Positions 1 through 9,800 of a DNA stretch of 31,482 nt are shown here, in pieces. The notes below the pieces were generated by a model. It did no database searches and was not told the DNA's origin. It saw only the letters and a list, made by a program, of their open reading frames with translations. Source of the DNA: Pseudobacteriovorax sp. (lineage in GTDB: Bacteria; Bdellovibrionota_B; Oligoflexia; Oligoflexales; Oligoflexaceae); NCBI GenBank assembly GCA_050293845.1, contig JBNKNM010000045.1:1-31482 (forward strand), written 5' to 3'. How positions within the stretch are numbered: the stretch's first letter is position 1; each line of letters opens with the position of its first letter. The translations under genes were made by a program, and so were the position numbers.

Positions 1-218
1 CTTCCGGTACTTTTAGCCCCATCGGCTGTAATAATCCAACCTTCGTAGTGCTGACCGCTCATGGATTCGATACCATTTAATTCGATGCTAACGGTTTGTG
101 TTTGACTAGGAGTAGAATCATCTGTGTTGGGGGCCCCATTGTTATCGGAATCTGAACCGCAAGCACTCAGTGCTAAAGAAAGTAGTCCGAAAACAATTTT
201 ATGGTTTTTAATAATCAT
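1..218 (-). CDS. Partial lipoprotein (5' end only; runs off the window edge), resembling secreted proteins with a YEGWII...STG motif
   Basis: Not in the ORF track. My translation of the minus strand from ATG 218 (GGAG RBS upstream) is MIIKNHKIVFGLLSLALSACGSDSDNNGAPNTDDSTPSQTQTVSIELNGIESMSGQHYEGWIITADGAKSTG, with lipobox LSAC. Confidence 0.8.
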   Translation of the reverse strand, partial: MIIKNHKIVFGLLSLALSACGSDSDNNGAPNTDDSTPSQTQTVSIELNGIESMSGQHYEGWIITADGAKSTG

Positions 219-346
219 TTTTATCTCCAAAATAGCGAAAGAATTCGAGCTGATCTTTTCTAATGATTAATCAGTTAGCATTAAATCACAGTGGTTGTTA
301 AAGCCGACTGTTGCTAGAGAATTCGCGCAGCTTAAGGGAAAGTTAC

Positions 347-369
347 ACTCGAATATCCAGGTTTTCACA
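347..369. repeat. 23-bp direct repeat, copy 1 (ACTCGAATATCCAGGTTTTCACA)
   Basis: 21/23 identical to 789-811. Confidence 0.75.
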
Positions 370-788
370 ATGTAAGATAACAAACGCACGCACCTATAGA
401 CATCCAGAAAACAATTTTGGATTTCTGCCTGTAATAACTATATGAAATTCAGATGATAATTTGGAAAATACGGGGCAAAAGTAAATAACTAAAACCTCAG
501 CATGGGGAGCCCTGCAAATGAAGTACTCCTGTTCTAACAAGCAGTTAAAAGTAGTAATTGATCAGTTGCTATGTCAGAAGCCATTGGTGCCTTCCAGGCT
601 ATGCTCAAAGGGGCAGGCCTTTTCAGTTAGTGCAAGTATTAATGAGCCTGCTATGACTGTTTCTTGTACTGTGGAGTGTTGTTCGGTTGTGGTTGCAAGA
701 ATTTTTTGTAAGTGGATGCAAATCCATCAAGATTCGCTTTCCAACTACCGCATGCCACACTCAAATATCAACGAAGAAACATACTGAA

Positions 789-811
789 ACTCGAATCCCC
801 AGGTTTTCACA
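789..811. repeat. 23-bp direct repeat, copy 2 (ACTCGAATCCCCAGGTTTTCACA)
   Basis: 21/23 identical to 347-369, same orientation. Confidence 0.75.
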
Positions 812-1563
812 TATGAGAGTTTATTCTAGTATTAAACAGACGGTCTTTCTTATCGTTAACAAATTCCTTCCGATCGTACGGTGAGTGAGTGGTATTGTTA
901 GATCAATTTCCTTTGCAGCATCCCATGAAGATTCGCCTTCATCGGACGAGAACCCGTTGCATACGGCAAGGTCATTGAAAACCCACCTCCAGTTCGAAAG
1001 CCTTCTACAGTCAGTGCGAAGCGTTTTTCTAGTAACGATCCTAAGGCTAAGATTTGCGCCATTGCTGACGAAATTAATGATCTTGTCGTTTTGTTAAAAT
1101 CAAAAAAGCACGTGTCAGGAAGGATGTATGTTGCATGACAGATGCTAAGGCTTGTTGTGATTACAAGGATTTCAAATTTACTCAATCTTGGCTGGTAATC
1201 GCACGTTTTCACAGTTTTATATTGCTGTTACATGAATCCTCTAAACATTATGATTATTGCGAAATACTCAAAACTTGGTATCTATTTGTTATAGTAGTTC
1301 GGAGACAATTTAGGGAGATTAGTCAGATGTTCAAGGCATGGGCATTGGAGTGACAATAGAGTTGCAATTCATTTAAGATAATTCCTAGTTAGTGGATATG
1401 AGACTTCTTAACTGAAAGACAATGTATATCTTACTTTAATTTGAGCTATGTAAGTATTTGATGAGCTCTCCGTATATTATTGCTGCTTTTCGTGGCGTTT
1501 TGGTCTTTTGAACTGCAAAAAAGATGCTAGTTCATGTTAATTTTCGCTTTAAAAGGAGCTTTT

Positions 1564-3207
1564 ATGAAAGCATTTTCGCTTATCCCCAGATCCCGTCTGG
1601 GAATAGCATTAACTGTGTCAGCGTTAGGTTTAGTTGTGGGCGCCCAAGCCATGGCAGATGTTAGGGGATTGCATAGCAACAAGCGTGTACCTGGAGAATA
1701 CATTGTTGTTATGAAGCAAGATATCGGTGCTAGTAAAGTCTCAAGACTGGCCGCCGTTCAGAGCTTTGCCAACTATGTAGAAACGTCTTTCCAAGCCAAA
1801 GTCTCTCATCAATATCAAAATGTGCTTCCAGGTTTCGTGGTAAATGCGAGCGAGGCAGAAATTTCTAAATTGGCAAAAGACGAAAATGTCGCTTTTGTGG
1901 AAGCTAATCAGTATGTATTCATCAACGAAACTCAGTTTGATGCTACTTGGGGCATCGATCGGATCGATTCCCGAACCGGTTCAGATTCATCTTATTTTTA
2001 TACATCATCAGGTCAGGGGGCCCATGCTTATGTAATCGACACCGGACTCCTTAGTACTCACGTAGAGTTTACCGGAAGAGTCGGAGAAGGATTTTCTGCC
2101 ATTAATGATGGTAACGGAACAACCGATTGTAATGGCCATGGCACCCATGTTTCGGGAACGCTTGGCGGTACCGTATATGGAGTTGCCAAGGATGTCACCA
2201 TTCATCCAGTTAGGGTTTTAGGTTGTGGAGGTTCTGGTACCTTCGCTGGAGTTCTCGAAGGCGTTGATTGGGTTGCTGCCAACGCCAAGCTTCCCGCCGT
2301 TGCTAATATGAGCTTGGGTGGTTCGGCTTCAGCTGCAATTGATGCGGGTGTTGCCAATGCCGTTAGTTCAGGCGTTGTATTTGTTGTGGCTGCTGGAAAC
2401 TCCAATACAAGTGCTTGTGGCTCGTCTCCAGCTCGTGAAGCAGCAGCCATTACAGTGGGTGCGACATCGCGAAGTGATCAAAGAGCCTCTTTCTCCAATT
2501 TTGGACCATGTGTTGACATTTTTGCCCCCGGTGTAGGTATCACGTCAGCATTCATTGAATCTGATACCGATACCGGTGATTTAAGCGGTACCTCAATGGC
2601 TTCTCCTCACGTGGCAGGAGCCGTAGCCCTATTGCTCGAGCAGTTTCCTAATGAATCACCCGATGTAATAAGAAGAAGACTTGAGGCTAACTCAGTAGCA
2701 GGCATCGTTAAAAATCCAGGAGTCGGCTCAGCGGATCGCTTTCTTTATACAGCACCCGAAGGCTCTGCAGAACCAGCTCCAGATCCCTTTGAACCTCTCG
2801 GTGATAAGGTTACATTCAGTTTGCGGGATGCAGTTGCTTTGGGCAATGAAGCCGATGGCCAGGATCTTTACGGTTGTGTCACTATTGTAGATGGTGATTT
2901 TATCCCAGGAAAATACGGGACTCACCTAAGAGCCTGTAATATTGCTCAAGACGGCGTCGAAACCCAGACATTCAAATTCCGCTTTATTACGGGTAACAAT
3001 GCCAGTTGGGTTTCTGCCAGTACGGGAAGTCTACCAGCTGGTAGTATTGTTTATGGCTCTCTTGGCGGATCGGATTTATATGTGTGTCGCGCTACCTTGT
3101 CCGGTGGCCTCCACCCTGGCCAAGTTACTGATAACGGCGCCTGCCTCATTCCCTATGGTGGCGGTGTGGAAAGTATGAGCAGCTTTGAAGTTTTAGTCGC
3201 AAACTAA
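1564..3207 (+). CDS. Secreted S8 subtilase (proteinase K/aqualysin-like) with I9 propeptide and C-terminal DM9 (DUF3421) repeats
   Basis: AAGGAG RBS before ATG 1564. Signal peptide, propeptide VPGEYIVV, catalytic motifs IDTG, GHGTHV and [11 protein letters not shown]. The C-terminus WVSAS-G-LP...LYVCRA...LHPGQV...CLIPYGG...FEVL matches the DM9 pattern. Confidence 0.93.
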   Translation: MKAFSLIPRSRLGIALTVSALGLVVGAQAMADVRGLHSNKRVPGEYIVVMKQDIGASKVSRLAAVQSFANYVETSFQAKVSHQYQNVLPGFVVNASEAEISKLAKDENVAFVEANQYVFINETQFDATWGIDRIDSRTGSDSSYFYTSSGQGAHAYVIDTGLLSTHVEFTGRVGEGFSAINDGNGTTDCNGHGTHVSGTLGGTVYGVAKDVTIHPVRVLGCGGSGTFAGVLEGVDWVAANAKLPAVANMSLGGSASAAIDAGVANAVSSGVVFVVAAGNSNTSACGSSPAREAAAITVGATSRSDQRASFSNFGPCVDIFAPGVGITSAFIESDTDTGDLSGTSMASPHVAGAVALLLEQFPNESPDVIRRRLEANSVAGIVKNPGVGSADRFLYTAPEGSAEPAPDPFEPLGDKVTFSLRDAVALGNEADGQDLYGCVTIVDGDFIPGKYGTHLRACNIAQDGVETQTFKFRFITGNNASWVSASTGSLPAGSIVYGSLGGSDLYVCRATLSGGLHPGQVTDNGACLIPYGGGVESMSSFEVLVAN

Positions 3208-3280
3208 AAGCTGATAACTGATCGGCTTAATCCTCAGACCTAGATTGTGGATCATGGTCACGGGGTTCTTCAACAAATAG

Positions 3281-3302
3281 AGAGGGGATCAGCGTCCCCT
3301 CT
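3281..3302 (+). terminator. Hairpin, probable terminator downstream of the subtilase
   Basis: AGAGGGGA-tcagcg-TCCCCTCT, 8-bp stem with a weak U tract. Confidence 0.45.
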
Positions 3303-3649
3303 ATTCCCATTCAGAAAAATTCAAATGCGATTAGGGGTTCGAAATCCAACGGAACAAGAACGTAAATTTCGTTTTCGTATACCCCATAATACCACTTTAT
3401 GGTAATTGAGGTGGATTCATCCCATCACTATCTTATAAAGGCAAGACTAAAATTATCTACTGCAGGTGAAACTACAACATTTGCTATTAATAGCTCAATT
3501 TCAAAGCTAGAAGAAGTGCGAATAAAACAAACAGAGTTTTATAATATTTCCAAGCAATGGGTACATAAAAGATTTCCTCGTGGAAACACCGGTTTTTTCT
3601 CAAGGGATGTTTCTATGATATAGATTTAATAATGGTCTTAGCTTATAAG

Positions 3650-4634
3650 CTTAAAGAACAAAAAATTAGCAGCGATGCTGAAGCAAAAGAATTCTTCTCA
3701 AGAAGTTGTAGATGCTATTAGTCAATTAAATAACCTTGAAGACCTACAACTAAGAATGCACATTCATCCTGGTTAAAAGAAGCAATAAATTCATTCAGTG
3801 ATTTGAAATTTATTAGTAAAATAAAAAATTTAAAAATTTTAGGTTTAAGTGAAGCAATAGTATATAATTGGTCAGGTCTAGAAAAGCTTAAATCTCTAGA
3901 AACCCTCGACCTGAACTATCCCATGACCATTGATAATAATACAAATCACACCAGCATCCTTAGGAGTTTATCAAAAAATAGAAATTCTGACGAATCTAGA
4001 ATGTCTTAACATGAATTATGTCCATCATGATCTTAACTTTGAGTTTTTAAAGAATTTCACAAAGCTTAGATTCTTAGATCTCCATTTAAATACAAATTCT
4101 ATTAATTTCAAAAATATTAATATGATCAAACACCTGAAAAACCTGGAAAAACTAACTCCCATCAAAGGATCTGAAGATAGAAATGAAGTGCCTCACAAAC
4201 TCGATTTTTTGACTAATTTGCATAATCTTGAGAAATTAACTATCAAACCTCTTTCAAAGGATCTGGATTTATCAGGAATACATAATTTACAGAATCTAAC
4301 AGATTTCATTATCAATGCTTTACCACCATCATATTCTATATAATCTTGCATTGGGTTTTTCTAGTCGAAGGGATAATTTACCTCAAACGGTAGTGAATAA
4401 ATTAAACAGTTATAAAATAATTAAATTCCTTTCAATCTAGAAAAACTCACTTTAGATGGGGATTCAATTAATGATCTATCACCTCTATCAGTTTTAGGGT
4501 AACTACAAAGACTTAACGGAAGTGACATTATGGACAAGGAAAAGTTCAAATATCTCAAAAATATGAAAAAATTGTATATTAACAATCAAGTAAAAATAGC
4601 TCATATTAAAGACTATTTAGGTTTACCAGGGTAG
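3650..4634 (+). pseudogene. Leucine-rich-repeat (internalin-like) protein pseudogene
   Basis: LRR motifs are spread over several frames (ISQLNNLEDLQL; KNLKILGL; LKSLETLDL; TNLECLNM; NLHNLEKLTI; NLEKLTLDGDSINDLSPLSVLG*). Several frameshifts, an in-frame TAA at 4500-4502, very AT-rich. The 5' boundary is uncertain. Confidence 0.8.
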
Positions 4635-4726
4635 TGTTCAAAAATTTGAATAGATACAGTAATATCCTTCAGCGGACGTAGTTATGCAGTGAGTGCCATA
4701 AAGCGCTCTTGGGGAATCTGTCCTGG

Positions 4727-4942
4727 AATTTCAATCGGTAGTGTCGCAAACATGATGGAAAAGCGGGGTATCAAAGTCGATCACTCCTCCATAAACTGAT
4801 GGGTTTTAAAATTTGCCTCACAGCTGGAAATTCAGTATCGTAAAAGGAAAAAGCAACCAGTGGCAGCTGGAGATGTGATGAACTGTACGTTAAAATCAAG
4901 GGCTAATGGAAATGGTTATACAGAGCTATAGATACAAGGTAG
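4727..4942 (+). mobile_element. IS6-family DDE transposase relic (pseudogene fragment)
   Basis: Translates MMEKRGIKVDHSSIN*WVLKFASQLE...RKRK, then after a frameshift GSWRCDELYVKIKG*WKWLYRAID. This matches the IS6 pattern RG-VDHSTI-RWV...SWR-DETY-KV-G-W-YLYRAVD. Stops at 4797 and 4904. Confidence 0.88.
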
Positions 4943-4996
4943 GTCTTTAATCTTTAAACGAGATTTATGATCTTTCTATTGAGGTGAGGTAGCTTG

Positions 4997-5197
4997 GACT
5001 GGGCGCACTGGTAGAAGTTGTGTATTTAAAAACTTTATACATCTAGTCTTTGTGACCAAGCATAGAAGAGGAGTGTTTATCAAACCAATGCAGGAACGTC
5101 TGAAAGTGCTGTTTGATGAGACTTACTAGCAATGATTGTAGAGTTAAATGATTTTGGTAGTGAGGATGATCATGTACATCTTATGATCTCGGCCTAA
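4997..5197 (+). mobile_element. tnpA: IS200/IS605-family TnpA (Y1, HUH) relic, N-terminal half
   Basis: Translates RTGRSCVFKNFIHLVFVTKHRRGVF...LFDETY*, then after a frameshift ELNDFGSEDDHVHLMIS. Contains H-VF-TK-RR and the HUH motif DHVHL. Stop at 5127; the C-terminal half is absent. Confidence 0.88.
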
Positions 5198-5673
5198 AGA
5201 ATCGAGATTGCGCTAGCATCTTATTCAAAATGGGGGGAAGAGCAATACCAAGACATCTATAAGTAACAAACGTATAATCCCTTACTCGCAGATGGTACCC
5301 AGAGTCCTTGCAAGAACATCGGATGAAGGTGCTCTGTTTTGATATTAGGGCTGAGAAGTATTATTCAGGCGAGAAAAAATACAGAAAAATTAATTTAAAT
5401 TTAACCCCATCTTTCGCAATCACGTCCTAAAATTTTTCATATTTTCTTAAAATTACACTTAGCAACGGAAAGCGATAACAGGAATCCCTTAGAGTCATTG
5501 TTATATTTATGAATTTTTTCGATCCAGGGTTTTAAAGGTCAACCTATGAAGCGATGTATTACTAGAGAGTCTTAAAACCTTGAATCATTTTGAGCATTCA
5601 CACTCTAATTCTTTTTAGGGGATGTCTCTCACCCTAAATGGTTCGAAAGCTTTGCTCAGAAAGGAACTCTTCT

Positions 5674-7507
5674 ATGAAGAATTTTTATAAAGTTTTGTCT
5701 GGTCTATATTCTCGCCGCCGTTTTATGAAGGGAGCTGTAGCCACAAGTGGTGCCATTGTTTCTGCCGGAACACTCCCACTTGGCCATTCCAGTTATGGCC
5801 AAGAACAGGATCTATCAGGCAAGGCTGTCGCGACGACTGTTTTTGCGGTGAATTGTGGAGGAGACTCATATACGAGCTCTGATGGTACAAACTATGCGGC
5901 CGATACAGGCTATTCAGGAGGCTCTACCTATTCCAATACAGCATCCATTTCCGGAACCGCAGACGACGCCCTATACAACAGCGAAAGATACGGGAACTCA
6001 ACCTATAATGTTGCGGTTCCCAATGGTCTATATCTGGTTAGCCTTTATTTTGCGGAGACCTTTCACACTGCAGCGGGTTCAAGAAGCTTCGATGTTCTCA
6101 TACAAGGAACAGGGTATATTAGCGATCTCGATATCTATGCTGAAATTGGGGGCAACGCCGCCTATGTCGTAGAAACACTCGTTACAGTGAGTGATGGTGA
6201 ATTGAATATCGCGTTTATTACCAACATCGAGAATGCCAAGATCAATGCCATCAAGGTTGCCTTGGTTGGACTCGGCGCGGCCTTCAACTACACCCCGGTG
6301 ACGCCTATTGCTGAAGAGGTCATGACCTTTGACGCATCAGCTTCGACCAATCCCGATGGCACGATTACGGCTTACTCGTGGGACTTTGGAGACGGAACCA
6401 GTAGCACCGGGAAGGTGAGGACCCACACCTACTCGACAGCCGGTAACTACCTCTACACCGGTGATCTGGAATACCTGGAGGCAGTTTATCCGGTATTGAA
6501 GTCGGCGTGTGAATTCTATCAAGACTTTTTGATCGAAGAACCCACCCATCGCTGGTTGGTCGTGAGTCCTTCTATTTCGCCAGAGCAAGGACCTCCGGGG
6601 CGTCCTCCGATCTGTGCCGGGACGACCATGGACAATCAACTACTGTTCGATCTCTTCTCCAAGACCATCAAGGCAGAATGTCGACAGCGCCTTGATGGCC
6701 GAATTTCAAAACCTACTCGATCGCATGCCACCGATGCAGATCGGCCGCTACGGTCAATTGCAGGAGTGGATGGAGGATCTAGATGATCCCAACAACACCC
6801 ACCGGCACGTTTCACACTTGTACGGTCTGTTTCCGAGCAATCAAATCTCGCCCTTCTCATCGCCCGAGCTCTTCGATGCTGCGCGCACGACACTCATGCA
6901 ACGGGGCGATGTCTCCACCGGATGGTCGATGGGCTGGAAAGTCAATTTTTGGGCGCGGCTGTTGGACGGCAATCATGCCTTCAAACTGATCAATGATCAG
7001 CTCACCTTGGTCGATCCAGTCAACGGGTCGAGCGGCGGTACCTATCCCAACTTTTTCGACTCACATCCGCCTTTTCAAATCGATGGTAATTTCGGTTGTG
7101 CCGCCGGTATTGCAGAGATGCTGCTTCAATCTCATGATGGTGCGATTCACTTCTTGCCCGCATTGCCCGATGATTGGGCTGGTACCGGAGAGGTCACGGG
7201 TCTGCGAGCCTACGGTGGTTTCGAGGTCAGTTTTAGTTGGCAAGATGGGCAGATTCTCAGACTCGTCGTCGAGTCCCGTCTCGGTGGGAATTGTCGCATC
7301 CGCGTCCCAAACAGAGTTGCAATGAATGATGGGACCCCCTTGGAACCGGCTCTAGGTATCAACGTGAACCCGTTTTTTGAAACAGCACAAGTCAAAGATC
7401 CGCTCAAATCCGCCTCGGCAAGACTCAACGACGTGGTTTAGGATGCGACCTTTCTGTTCGACTTTCCAACAGAAGCGGGAAGGAGATACACGCTTCGTTC
7501 TATCTAG
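5674..7507 (+). pseudogene. Disrupted Tat-exported malectin-PKD-GH95 (alpha-1,2-L-fucosidase-type) gene
   Basis: Tat motif SRRRFMK; malectin domain (AVNCGG...LYNSERYG...LYFAE...FDV); PKD domain (FDASAS..PDG...YSWDFGDG) cut at ~6450 and fused in frame to mid-GH95 (YLYTGD..YL..YP; SPSISPE). Frameshift at ~6676, then GQLQEW, HRHVSHLYGL, TGWS.GWK, HPPFQIDGNFG. A TAG at 7439 interrupts a C-terminus that continues to 7507. Confidence 0.88.
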
Positions 7508-7529
7508 TAAAGGTCTGAGCGAGAAGCGA

Positions 7530-7561
7530 GCCGAGATACCGCTATGCGACGGTATCTCGGC
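7530..7561. terminator. 12-bp perfect GC-rich hairpin after the GH95 gene
   Basis: GCCGAGATACCG-ctatgcga-CGGTATCTCGGC, with no U tract. Confidence 0.55.
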
Positions 7562-7749
7562 ACCGCAGCTCCGTGCCGATCCCTGGGCCTCCGCGTCATC
7601 CCGTGGCTCAACGGTCACAGCCAAGTATAGGTAAAAGGAAGCAGGAAATTCCTCTCCAAGAATTTTACAACTATGTGGCATGCGGCACTGGGAAATTATA
7701 GTCTAAGGCTAATGATACCTGGTTTAAATTTAACTATTCCAGCAGTCAT

Positions 7750-7960
7750 TCAGGTATTAAATGTATCAGCTCTCAAAACTAAAGAAATCGAGCTAGGGAT
7801 AATAGATGAAAGTTCCAGTGATAGAGATAACTCCGAAATGATTTTTAATTCGGGATTATCAACTGTCAAGACCTTCAGCTAAATTTCTGGACGAGGTGTC
7901 GGCATGGGAGCTGTCAAGAGCTTTATTGAATATGCCGTTAGAACGATCGAAATTGTCAAG
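7750..7960 (+). pseudogene. CheA-type histidine kinase ATP-binding (HATPase) fragment
   Basis: Reads ...MIFNSGLSTVKTFS*ISGRGVGMGAVKSFIE across TAA 7880-7882, matching the CheA F-box/G2 motif IF-PGFST...ISGRGVGM. Confidence 0.75.
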
Positions 7961-8231
7961 TTTTGCAATATCTCTACCTTCCCGTTTGCTAATGTTTGAG
8001 ACTAGATCCAAACACCAAGCTGTCAAACTAATTTAATTTTACACTGTCTACTCCTTATGCATGTTTCATATTTTCCCATTTCAGAATTTTAGCTACATTT
8101 TTACTCATAAGTTTTCAGAATCTCGATTTTTGGCACGATCAAAATAAAATTAATTCATGAATTATAACGAGTTATTGATTCAGTTTTTAATTCTTATTTT
8201 AAAGAATGAATCCTTAATTCGTCGCAAAAAA

Positions 8232-8247
8232 TGGTTCCTTAATTGCA
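8232..8247 (+). promoter_or_regulatory. Putative sigma54 promoter for the 8296 gene
   Basis: TGGTTCCTTAATTGCA is GG-N10-GC with TTGCA at -12. It lies ~50 bp upstream of the ATG, with a near-consensus IHF-like site around 8168-8180. Confidence 0.5.
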
Positions 8248-8295
8248 TCAAAAAGGATGTTGGATATTTAAGAATCAATTACTAAGGGGTATTTT

Positions 8296-8826
8296 ATGAA
8301 AACAGTCGGTTTGTTTATTTTGAGCTTCATCTTTGTTTCCTGTAGTAAGTCACCCTCTGTACCCACTGATACAAGCCAAGGAGTGGCGGCTTCACCCAGT
8401 GCAGTTGAGAAAGTTAAACCGCAAAACCAAGATGTGCAGCAGTCTACACCACAAGACGATGCTCAAAAACAAGAACAACTTGCTTCACTAGAACAACAAA
8501 AACAAGATATAGAAGCAGATATTGCAAACACTGAGGCTAAGTTGGATGAAGCTAATCAACAGATGCAAGACGTGCAAGCTGCTTCACAGCAAGGTCCCGC
8601 TGGTATTGCTACAATTGCAGCCAAAAAGGACGACATGGAGCAAGGCTTTGCCGCTGTTGGTATCGGTGCCAGTGCTATCCAAGATTTAATCGAAGCTATT
8701 ATTGACCTTGATGTCGCTGGTATTATAGATGCTATCATGGACTTAATTGGTGGTTTGGAAGCTGATCTTGCCGCACAGAATGCTGCCTTAGATCAGGTAA
8801 ATGCTCAAATCGATGCTATAAAATAG
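8296..8826 (+). CDS. Hypothetical coiled-coil lipoprotein
   Basis: Lipobox FVSC, low-complexity linker, and heptad segments flanking a hydrophobic/amphipathic stretch. AAGGGG RBS. Confidence 0.85.
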   Translation: MKTVGLFILSFIFVSCSKSPSVPTDTSQGVAASPSAVEKVKPQNQDVQQSTPQDDAQKQEQLASLEQQKQDIEADIANTEAKLDEANQQMQDVQAASQQGPAGIATIAAKKDDMEQGFAAVGIGASAIQDLIEAIIDLDVAGIIDAIMDLIGGLEADLAAQNAALDQVNAQIDAIK

Positions 8827-8861
8827 CCGTTTCTTTAATTTTTAACTGTTCATTCTAAACT

Positions 8862-8886
8862 TCTAAAGATTCATCTCATCTTTAGA
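8862..8886 (+). terminator. Hairpin downstream of the lipoprotein gene
   Basis: TCTAAAGAT-tcatctc-ATCTTTAGA. Confidence 0.4.
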
Positions 8887-9528
8887 GGTTATGGGAATGC
8901 AGCAGGGGTTGTATACAGCACTTTTGCGAGTGGAAGATTTCTTTCTTGCTTGTGGTATGTGACACCAGAGCACTTGAACCAAAACACCCTAGCGCGTACC
9001 CTTGATGCCATCTACAACCGACAATGATCAAGTATATGCAAAAAATGGTGGCCTTACATTTAACAACTCTTGAATTCCAGGATTTGTTTTAAAAAGTTTT
9101 TTAATTTGGTCATTATTTTTTGCCCGTCTGCAATGACGATGCTAATGCCTTGAAAAACCTGAAAGACTCGATTTAGAGCTGGCTTTGTTGCCGGCTTTTG
9201 CGAGCTATTAGCTATTATCAAACACCTTATCACCAGCTGGAACGGGTCGAATGACTCCTCCTTTAAGATTGTCAAAAATCTGTATTTCGGTCAATTTTAG
9301 CTCCATCACCTTCTAACCTAATTTTATTTCTTTCTTGATGAGACTGTGAGAGAAAACTGCAAGACGATAGGTAGTTTTAATGTCAATTCCATCTAATACG
9401 GATCACTATTACTTGTAACGACCATCCTGATGGTGTTTTCGTAGTATTTACAAGAAGATATAGAGATAATGACGTTTTTAGTTCCCAAAACCTTCCTGTT
9501 TGCTTCTTAGAACTTAAAATTTTTTTAT

Positions 9529-9541
9529 TATCAGTGTGTTA
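9529..9541 (+). promoter_or_regulatory. IHF-like binding site
   Basis: TATCAGTGTGTTA fits WATCARNNNNTTR and is preceded by an A/T tract. Confidence 0.4.
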
Positions 9542-9638
9542 TCTCATCTTCTCAAGAGCTATCAAAATTGCTACCAAAATCATATCTCAAGTGTAATTTT
9601 AAGTAGATGTTTTTATTAGGCTAAGCCTATTGTGAAAT

Positions 9639-9654
9639 TGGTACCGAATATGCA
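9639..9654 (+). promoter_or_regulatory. Putative sigma54 promoter with no downstream CDS
   Basis: TGGTACCGAATATGCA is GG-N10-GC, close to the consensus TGGCAC-N5-TTGCA. Confidence 0.5.
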
Positions 9655-9664
9655 TTTTCTTTAT

Positions 9665-9775
9665 TGTCCCAAATTTGAAACCTAGCAGTATCTTCTTCAG
9701 ACCTAGCATATCTTCTTCAGACCTAGCATATCTTCTTCCACCATAATAGAGAGCCCCCACTCTCTACCCCCTTCC
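9665..9775 (+). ncRNA. Candidate sigma54-dependent small RNA carrying three repeats
   Basis: Sigma54-like promoter, repeats, then hairpin TAGAGAG-ccccca-CTCTCTA (9747-9766) and a pyrimidine tail. No ORF. Inferred only. Confidence 0.3.
9680..9738. repeat. Tandem repeat, about 3 x 20 bp (ACCTAGCATATCTTCTTCAG)
   Basis: Copies at 9680-9700 (one extra G), 9701-9720 and 9721-9738 (truncated), with no spacers. Confidence 0.92.
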
Positions 9776-9800
9776 TATCTGTCCTTGTAATGGCATGGCA

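Noticed and set aside
518..1353. Short ORFs in the 5' intergenic region, including 898-1212(-) with a faint kinase-like GGGFSMTLP
   Set aside because: Overlapping ORFs with no convincing RBS or family motif; the similarity is too weak.
6614..7441. Independent intact GH95 gene or programmed frameshift
   Set aside because: It is the out-of-frame continuation of the upstream ORF. Residues appear deleted at the shift, there is no slippery site, and further lesions are present.
9060..9275. 71-aa minus-strand ORF
   Set aside because: TTG start, no RBS, no motif.
9680..9738. CRISPR array
   Set aside because: The repeats are directly adjacent with no spacers, and no cas genes are present.
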